DNA of 64,000 nucleotides from Macrostomum lignano (lineage: Eukaryota), in NCBI GenBank assembly GCA_002269645.1, contig NIVC01000037.1, forward strand, positions 1,273,121 through 1,337,120, given 5' to 3'. A program made the translations under genes and the position numbers. Each line of letters begins with the position of its first letter. Position 1 is the first letter of the stretch. The notes beneath the pieces are model-generated. The model ran no database searches. It was given only the letters and a program-made list of their open reading frames with translations, and was not told where the DNA came from. Positions 1 to 9,049 of the stretch are shown here, piece by piece.

Positions 1-371
1 TGCTGGTCCATATGACGGCGATTGTTATTCTGCGAGCTTATTGACAGGGATTTTCCTCCCCCCAGCTAGAGGAGACATCCCCAGCAACAGAGCTGCCACT
101 GCTGGCTATAGAAAACGCGATGACGACAACCGCCTGTGCAGCCGCATGGGATGGGTGCCGTGTGGTCAAAGAGAGGTTGGGCAGTGGTGTCGGGGAACAG
201 GCCAGCTAAATTCAGTCTTTCCCTCCTCTAATAAATATCGGCTAGCTCAAGCAGCAATTTCCAGCTTCGATTTGCGATCATCAATCCAGCTTCGATTTGC
301 GATCATCAATAGAGTGTTAGCTAGAGCTGCTTCATCAAGACTCACTATCAGCATTGTTGCATTGCACGGCA

Positions 372-837
372 ATGGCCGACAAAGCTCGGACAGTTAAGAA
401 GCCTGGCGCTCCCGCCGCTGTCACCAACGGCAAGGCTAAGCCGGCTAAAGCGTCTGACAACAAGCAGCAGCAGCCGAAAGCTTCGTCTACCGGAAATGGA
501 ACGACCGGAAACGATGAAGAGATAAATGGCGCCATAACTGACATGCTGGCTAAACACGAGCTCGAACTGCTAGCGGTCGCGTCCGATCTCACAGCGGAGA
601 CGAGTCACTATGACAAAGAGTTGCGCAATCTCAAAGAGAAGCTCGAAGCGGCCAACAGGCGCCTGATGCAGCTGGAGTGGCGCTTTCCAACTACGGCCCT
701 GTGGCGAATCGGTGACTTCTTGGAGCGCATGAAGGAGGCCAAGAAAAACAAATCCGTACTGGAGAGTCCGCAGTACTATCTGAGCAGGCAGGGCTATCTA
801 ATGAGCATGTCTATCGCACTGTATGGCTCTGGAGAAG
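372..837 (+). CDS. TRAF-like gene exon 1
   Basis: MADKART...YGSGE; donor G|gtgaga at 838. Confidence 0.85.
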
Positions 838-1541
838 GTGAGAAATTTGTTTTACTATTCAATTAGTTTAGTTATGTGATTATCAAGAACACCTATAAAG
901 TGTAGATGAATTGTTATAAGTTCAAGTGTAATAGTAAACGCACCTCCAAAATCCATAATTGTCGTCGTATGCATAATCAGCACAAACCAAACGCATCGCT
1001 CAACTGCAGGAAAAGTACATTTAGAACTTTTAAATTGAAAGAAACAAACGAAACAAATTGACAGAAAATTGATAATAACAAAATTTGGGTGATGGGGATT
1101 AGTAGGATGATATGAATAAAGCGATATAAAGTTTCAAAGTGTACGATACGACTAGTTGGATGTCACTAAATTGTTGACCTGCTGACCGCCCCCCCAGCCC
1201 GCGGAAAGTACATGTCGATATTCGTGAGCGTGTGCAGAGGCGAATTCGACGGCAACCTGGCCTGGCCGTTCACCATGCGGCTGTACCTCAGCATCCTGGA
1301 CCAGACCGAGGACGAATCGCCGAGGCGCAACCTCACCAAGATGATCATCCCTCGGGTGTGCCGGGAGAACCTGGCCTTCCTCGGCCGACCCAGAGGCCGG
1401 CCCAGGAATCCGCAATTCGGCCTGGAGCAGTTCGTCAGCCTGGAAGACGTTCTGCGCAACAGCGACGAGCGACAGTACGTGCGCAACGATGCCTTGTTTG
1501 TACGGCTGGAGGTGCCCAATGAGGACCTGGTGCCGATGTGA
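372..1541 (+). CDS. TRAF-like protein (low-complexity N-terminus, coiled coil, C-terminal MATH/TRAF domain); 2 exons 372-837 and 1198-1541
   Basis: ATG at 372 in good context (gcaATGG). Coiled coil ELRNLKEKLEAANRRLMQLE, then TRAF-type motifs LWRIGDF, LESPQYY, GYLMSMSIALYGSGE|ARGKYMSIFV, GEFDGNLAWPF, SILDQ, FG..QFVS, YVRNDALFVRLEV. GT-AG phase-1 intron 838-1197 (G|gtgaga ... ccccag|CC) restores the frame. Confidence 0.88.
1198..1541 (+). CDS. TRAF-like gene exon 2 (second half of MATH domain)
   Basis: Acceptor ccccag| ending at 1197; RGKYMSIFV...DLVPM*; TGA at 1539-1541. Confidence 0.88.
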
Positions 1542-1572
1542 GTCATCTCTGCAGCGCCTGCCAGCCAACTGG

Positions 1573-1666
1573 GTGACTCGTGACCAGTGACCAGTGACCA
1601 GTGACCAGTGATCAGTGACCAGTGACCAGTGACCCGTGACCAGTGACCAGTGACCAGTGACCAGTG
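1573..1666. repeat. 7-bp tandem repeat (GTGACCA)n, about 13 copies, just 3' of the TRAF-like stop
   Basis: Direct reading. Confidence 0.9.
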
Positions 1667-2078
1667 CAGCTGCAAGCGAGTAGAGATAAAAATTAGACGA
1701 TGTTAAAGTTTGAGACCGGTTCTTATGCCATTATGCACTGGCTAGGTAGGAGGTTTTCAGTTTTTTTTCAGTAAATCCACAATACGTCGCCTTCTAAAAT
1801 TATTTACTCAACATTTTTTGGTCAACTTTTTCCCGAAAAAAATCTGCGAATTTAGCTCTTGTAAAAAACACGTACGCTTGCTTCATATGTATATTCAGAA
1901 ATTTATAGAAGGCTAGAGATGTTGGGGATTTAGGGCTAAAAAAACTTTTAATGTTTGAGAAGTTCTCAGTCCCCTGCAAAAGCTTGTTTTCTTAAAAATT
2001 GTCATGTTTCCGCTTTGCGTGTTAATTTTTTTGAAAACTTCAGAATTATTAGAGTTCAGTAAGGAACTTTTATTAAAA

Positions 2079-2445
2079 GGGGTGCTAGATATGGGGACGG
2101 GTTGAGATAAGGGTGCTAGATAGGGGACGGGTTGAGATAAGGGTGCTAGATATGGGGACGGGTTGAGATAAGGGTGCTAGATAGGGGGACGGGTTGAGAT
2201 AAGGGTGCTAGATATGGGGACGGGTTGAGATAAGGGTGCTAGATAGGGGGACGGGTTGAGATAAGGGTGCTAGATAGGGGGACGGGTTGAGATAAGGGTG
2301 CTAGATATGGGGACGGGTTGAGATAAGGGTGCTAGATAGGGGGACGGGTTGAGATAAGGGTGCTACATATGGGAACGGGTTAGATAAGGGTGCTAGCTAG
2401 ATATGGGGACGGGTTGAGATAAGATGTTAGATAGGGAACGGGTTT
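2079..2445. repeat. 31-bp minisatellite GGGTGCTAGATA[T/G]GGGGACGGGTTGAGATAA, about 11 copies
   Basis: Direct reading. Confidence 0.92.
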
Positions 2446-2600
2446 CGAGAAGGGTTCGAAGTTATCCTACTCATCTCAATCTTTGCGCACAAAATATTTA
2501 TAATGAATACTGTTTATGACTTTCGTATATTTGTTCTTTAAGAAAATTTTTAGATATGCATGCACATAATCAGGTATTGAAGGATGTAAACTCGCAGATA

Positions 2601-2780
2601 ATGATGTAGACTGACACAGAATGATGTAGACTGACACAGAATGATGTAGACTGACACAGAATGATGTAGACTGACACAGAATGATGTAGACTGACACAGA
2701 ATGATGTAGACTGACACAGAATGATGTAGACTGATACAGAATGATGTAGACTGACACAGAATGATGTAGACTGACACAGA
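2601..2780. repeat. 20-bp minisatellite ATGATGTAGACTGACACAGA, 9 copies
   Basis: Direct reading. Confidence 0.95.
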
Positions 2781-3224
2781 GTGGCAGCAAACAACCAAAT
2801 ATAAACTCTTGCTTTTTTTACCATTTTAGGCTCCAATATTCAATTCTGATATCTAGTTAATATAATTCTTTCCACAGTATATATTTATAGCTACAGTTAG
2901 TAACTCACTGAAGGCATACAAGTTGGCTTTTAAAATTTTTTAAAAACAATTATACATAAATTTTTGGGGGAAAGAAAGTGAGAAACAGAAAAGAGATCAG
3001 CAATTCAAGCTGATGGTGCGATTATTTTGCAAGTAGAAATAAACAAACAAAAGCTTTTTAAAGACGTCAAAGAGATTTATAGAAATTGCATACGTGCATA
3101 CGTTTTCATAGAATTGGGTGAGCTAAAAGTACAAATCCATAAAAGAAAAATCTCCTGTGGTAATGATACAACTCTCAATTACTAATTGTTGTTAGGTTTT
3201 CTCTCAAGACAATTATCAGATCAG

Positions 3225-3230
3225 TTTATT
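3225..3230 (-). promoter_or_regulatory. Candidate polyadenylation signal (AATAAA) of the annexin gene
   Basis: TTTATT on the + strand about 50 nt past the annexin stop; motif only. Confidence 0.35.
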
Positions 3231-3280
3231 ATCGATCACTTTAAGCATAATTAGGTATAAGCAATGACTAATTATGTTAA

Positions 3281-3406
3281 TTAATCTTTGCCAACCAGGG
3301 CCTGCAGCAGCTTCTTGTAGTCGCCAGATGTGTCATTCTTAATCCAGCGCCAGAGAGTCTGCTTGGTGAGCTCCAGAAAGCATTTCTTGATCTGCACCAT
3401 GTCAAT
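3281..3406 (-). CDS. Annexin terminal exon (IDMVQIKK...LVGKD*)
   Basis: Acceptor gtgcag|ATT; end of repeat IV. Confidence 0.92.
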   Translation of the reverse strand: MDMVQIKKCFLELTKQTLWRWIKNDTSGDYKKLLQALVGKD

Positions 3407-6400
3407 CTGCACAATTGTGTTCGAGAGTTGTGAGTAAGATTGCGTTGGGAAAGGAAAAGTCAATTTCAATAACGTCCTCAATCAATGTGTCCCCATCTCT
3501 CAAAGTCATCGCTTCACTCACAACACTTCTTCCCCTACCTTACTCTTCCCCACCTCACTTCTGCCCCACCTCACTCCTCCACCACCTCACTCCTTCCCCA
3601 CCTCACTCTTAACCCACATCAACTCCTGCCCCCACCTCACTCTTCCACCACCTCACTCCTTTCCCCACCTCGCTCCTTTCTTCACCTCACTCCTTTCTCC
3701 ACCTTACTCTTTTCCCCACCTCACTCCTTCCCCCACCTCACTCCTCCCCACCTCACTTCTTCCCCCACCTCAATCCTTCCCCACCTCACTCCTTACCCCA
3801 CCTCACTTCTTTTCTCGCGTTACTCTTCCTCCCAACCTCACTCCCCACCTCGCCTCTTCCCCACCTCACTCCTTCCCCCACCTCACTCCTTCCCCACCTC
3901 ACTCCTTCCCCCACCTCACTCCTTCCCCCACCTCACTCCTCCTCCCCACCTCACTCCTCCTCCCCACCTCACTCCTTCCCCCACCTCACTCCTTCCCCAC
4001 CTCACTCCTCCCCCACCTCACTTCTTCCCCCACCTCAATCCTTCCCCCACCTCACTCCTTCCCCCACCTCACTCCTTCCCCACCTCACTTCTTTTCTCGC
4101 CTTACTCTTCTTCCCAACCTCACTCCCCCACCTCGCCTCTTCCCCACCTCACTCCTTCCCCCACCTCACTCCTCCTCCCCACCTCACTCCTCCTCCCCAC
4201 CTCACTCCTCCTCCCCACCTCACTCCTCCTCCCCACCTCACTCCTCCTCCCCACCTCACTCCTTCCCCCACCTCACTCCTCCTCCCCACCTCAATCCTTC
4301 CCCCACCTCACTCCTTCCCCCACCTCACTCCTTCCCCCACCTCACTCCTTCCCCCACCTCACTTCTTTTCTCGCCTTACTCTTCCTCCCAACCTCACTCC
4401 CCCACCTCGCCTCTTCCCCACCTCACTCCTTCCCCCACCTCACTCCTCCTCCCCACCTCACTCCTCCTCCCCACCTCACTCCTCCTCCCCACCTCACTCC
4501 TCCTCCCCACCTCACTCCTTCCCCCACCTCACTCCTCCTCCCCACCTCACTCCTTCCCCCACCTCACTCCTAATTCAATTCAATTCACACAGCCCACTCC
4601 CCAACTCCACCGCCTCGCACCTCGGCCCTGCTGATAATAATCCTGATCAGAGTCTTATCATCAGTGCCAAGGCCCTTCATAGCGTCGCGCAGTCGCTCGG
4701 CAAAGTACATGGGCCGGCAGCGGATATTCATGACGATGCCGCGAAGCGCCCGCTTATAGTCGCCGCTTGTCTCCCGATCGATTGAGTTCAAAATGTCGCG
4801 CTGGGCAATCTTTGAAGTTTAACAACGGATTTGAATAGGTTTAGTTTGGCGTTTCTTGGGAGTACTTTTTAGACTGCATAGGGACGTACTTTGCCAGAAT
4901 TTACCTCAAGCTTAATTAGACGCTGGATAAATTTTGACCCTCTGTTGTATTCTAAAAGAATTTACATCTCATTGCCATTTAAATAGCCTTACCAATTAAC
5001 ATTTCTAGCAATCTATATAATTATAACTAATCCAGGGTATCGGCTCTGACTGCATGGTTTGTGTCTGTCAAAACGCTCTCGGTTCTGCTTTTAATTAATC
5101 ATTTGCAGGTAGTGTAGCTGCATGTGACCAAGCTTCTCTTATTCAACAATTTTAAATTAGTTATTTATTATTAATAACTGCTCAGCCTCCGGGCAAAGCT
5201 AGACAAGAATGATGAGGTAGAACTTTATTAAGCGTTTATGAACCAGCTGAGAGGCAAAAAACGAGAGGCAGAGAAGTAGAAAGAGACAGAGAAGTAGAGA
5301 GAGACAGAGAAGTAGAGAGAGGCAGAGAAGTATAGAGAGGCAGAGAAGTAGAGAGAGACAGAGAAGTAGAGAGAGGCAAGAGATTTAGAGAGAGGCAGAG
5401 AAGTAGAGAGAGGCAGAGAAGTAGAGAGAGGCAGAGAAGTAGAGAGAGGCAGAGAAGTAGAGAGAGGCAGAGAAGTATAGAGAGGCAGAGAAGTAGAAAG
5501 AGACAGAGAAGTAGATAGAGGAAAGAGAAGTAGAGAGAGACAGAGAAGTAGAGAGAGGCAGAGAAGTAGAGAGAGCCAGAGAATTAGAGAGAGACAGAGA
5601 AGTAGAGAGAGACAGAGAAGTAGAGAGAGACAGAGAATTAGAGAGAGACAGAGAAGTAGAGAGAGGCAGAGAAGTAGAGAGAGGCAGAGAAGTAGAGAGA
5701 GGCAAGAGATTTAGAGAGAGACAGAGAAGTAGAGAGAGGCAGAGAAGTAGAGAGAGACAGAGAATTAGAGAGAGACAGAGAAGTAGAGAGAGACAGAGAA
5801 GTAGAGAGAGACAGAGAATTAGAGAGAGACAGAGAAGTAGAGAGAGGCAGAGAAGTAGAGAGAGGCAAGAGATTTAGAGAGAGACAGAGAAGTAGAGAGA
5901 GGCAGAGAAGTAGAGAGAGGCAAGAGATTTAGAGAGAGACAGAGAAGTAGAGAGAGGCAGAGAAGTAGAGAGAGACAGAGAATTAGAGAGAGACAGAGAA
6001 GTAGAGAGAGGCAGAGAAGTAGAGAGAGGCAGAGAAGTAGAGAGAGGCAGAGAAGTAGAGAGAGGCAAGAGATTTAGAGAGAGACAGAGAAGTAGAGAGA
6101 GGCAGAGAAGTAGAGAGAGGCAGAGAAGTAGAGAGAGGCAGAGAAGTAGAGAGAGGCAAGAGAATTAGAGAGAGACAGAGAAGTAGAGAGAGGCAAGAGA
6201 ATTAGAGAGAGACAGAGAAGTAGAGAGAGGCAAGAGAATTAGAGAGAGACAGAGAAGTAGAGAGAGGCAGAGAAGTAGAGAGAGACAGAGAAGTAGAGAG
6301 AGGCAGAGAAGTAGAGAGAGCCAGAGAATTAGAGAGAGGCAGAGAAGTAGAGAGAGACAGAGAAGTAGAGAGAGGCAAGAGAATTAGAGAGAGGCAGAGA

Positions 6401-8974
6401 ATTAGAGAGAGGCAGAGAATTAGAGAGAGACAGAGAAGTAGAGAGAGGCAGAGAATTAGAGAGAGGCAGAGAATTAGAGAGAGGCAGAGAAGTAGAGAGA
6501 GACAGAGAAGTAGAGAGAGGCAAGAGAATTAGAGAGAGGCAGAGAATTAGAGAGAGACAGAGAAGTAGAGAGAGACAGAGAAGTAGAGAGAGACAGAGAA
6601 GTAGAGAGAGAGAGGCAAGAGAATTAGAGAGAGGCAAGAGAAGTAGAGAGAGGCGGAGAAGTATAGAGAGGCAGAGAATTAGAGAGAGGCAGAGAAGTAG
6701 AGAGAGACAGAAAAGTAGAGAGAGGCAAGAGAAATAGAGAGAGACAGAGAAGTATAGAGAGGCAGAGAATTAGAGAGAGGCAAAGAAGTAGAGAGAGGCA
6801 GAGAAGTAGAGAGAGGCAGAGAAGTAGAAGGACACAGAAGTAGATAGACAAGGATAAATTTGTTGGTAGTAATGCAAATGTTGCACCTTAACGTATTCGG
6901 TCCAGATCTCTCTCAGAGAGTAGTAGTCCCTAGTGGAGAAGATCAGGTTAAACGTCTCCTCGTCGGTACCCCAGCGTTCTTCACCGGCTTTAAAAAGCCT
7001 GTTGGCGTCGTTCTTAGCCTGGAATGTGTGGGCAGTTGGTGAGATTTGTTCATCAAATGATACTACCTGTGTCCTGTGTGCATTTTTACTGATAGTAGTG
7101 TAGTTAAAAAATTATAGGAAAATCTCCACGATCGCCACTCACCTTCTGCATGTCCACCAGCTTCTGGTAGTTAATGTCGAACATTCCAGTCGGCTTGTCG
7201 TTGGCGATCACCTCCTCGACAGCCTGCTCAAGGCGCTCGCGGGTGATCTCATAGCGACCGCCCTGCATTGAAGAGTTTGGGGTTGGGCTCCAGCTCCGTC
7301 TCTTGTTTTCATCTCCACTCTCTCTCAAACTCCACTCTCTTTTCCACTCTCTCCCATCTCCTCTCTTGCTCATTCCCACTCTCTCTCATTTCCACTCTCT
7401 CATTTCCACTCTCTTCTCCACTCTCTCCCATCTCATCTCTCTCATCTCCACTCTCTCATCTCCACTCTCTCTCATCTCGAATCTCTCTCAACTCCACTCT
7501 CATTTCCACTCTCTCTCATCTCGAATCTCTCTCAACTCCACTCTCATTTCCAATCTCTCTCATCTCGAATCTCTCTCAACTCCACTCTCTCTCATCTCGA
7601 ATCTCTCTCAACTCCACTCTCATTTCCACTCTCTCTCATCTCGAATCTCTCTCAACTCCACTCTCATTTCCACTCTCTCTCATCTCGAATCTCTCTCAAC
7701 TCCACTCTCTCTCATCTCGAATCTCTCTCAACTCCACTCTCTCTCATCTCGAATCTCTCTCAACTCCACTCTCATCTCCACTCTCTCTCATCTCGAATCT
7801 CTCTCAAACTCCACTCTCTTCTCCACTCTCTCCCATTTCCTCTCTCTCATCTCCACTCTCTATCATCTCCACTCTCTCTATCATCTCCACTCTCTCCCAT
7901 CTCCTCTCTCTCTCATCTCCACTCTCTCTCATCTCCATCTCCACTCTCTCCCATCTCCTCTCTCTTATCTCCACTCTCTCTCTCATCTCTACTCTCTCTA
8001 TCATCTCCACTCTCTATCATCTCTACTCTCTCTATCATCTCCACTCTCTATCTCACCTCCATCTTCACACTCTGTCCTCTCCATCTTCAGCCTCTCTTTC
8101 ACCTCCCGATTCCAATCCCCTGCACACCTGTGAGGCAGCCACGAGCAGCTTCTTGAAGTTTCCGCTGGTGTCCCCGCGGATGTCGTCTTCCAGCAGCGAC
8201 TTGGACGCCTTCCTGTTCGGGCTGGCCACGTCGGTGTAGACCTCCTTCATCTCGCGAATCTGCGCGTTGGTCCGCGTCATGAAGATCTCGATGAGAGCCT
8301 GCTCGTCCGTGCCCAGGCCGTAGATGGCCTCCTTGACCGACCAGGCGTCGTAGATTGCCGGCTGCACGAAGCAGGCCATGACGGCTTCGCGGAAATCGCC
8401 CGACAGCTCGCTCTTGATGTCGGTGATGAGATCGCGGCCGTACATGGTCTTGAACATCTCCTTGAGGCGCTGGCGCTGGGCGTTGCACCGCGTGGCCACG
8501 ACATGGATGATGGCGTCTTCGTCAGTGCCCAGGCCTTTCATCGCCTTGCGCAGGTATTCACAATCGGCCTCCGGATCCCACGGCTTGTCAGCGAGGTCCT
8601 GGCTGCGTTCCTTTCTGTAGAAGTCCGCGACCGGATCATCGGCAGGATAGTTGCCGAACGGCTTCACGGTGCCCTCTGTGATCTCGAAAGTCCCGGACAC
8701 TGACAGCCGCCGCATCAGCTCGTCGACGAACATTTTCTTGATCTCGGCTTTCAGCGTGTCGCTTTTGGCGACCTCATCCTGGGGCGGCGGTGCTGGCTGG
8801 CGGTTGGGTGGGGAGAGAGGCGAACCCGATTTAACTAAGGGTAACTAAGGGTATCGTGAAGAAAATTCTATTAGAGAAAAATGAAGCTTTAATCCACAAA
8901 AATCCACGATATGGAGCGAGAGGGAAAAACAGCAATCCTAGCAATCCATAAAAACCCTTCCAACCCGAGGGAGA

Positions 8975-9049
<75 letters not shown>

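Noticed and set aside
1538-1543. GTGAGT donor hexamer overlapping the TRAF-like stop codon
   Set aside because: The MATH domain is already complete, with a typical short tail (DLVPM*), and no downstream exon was found.
3485-8239. Plus-strand ORFs of 362, 323 and 276 aa
   Set aside because: Translations of intronic pyrimidine-rich repeats antisense to the annexin gene.
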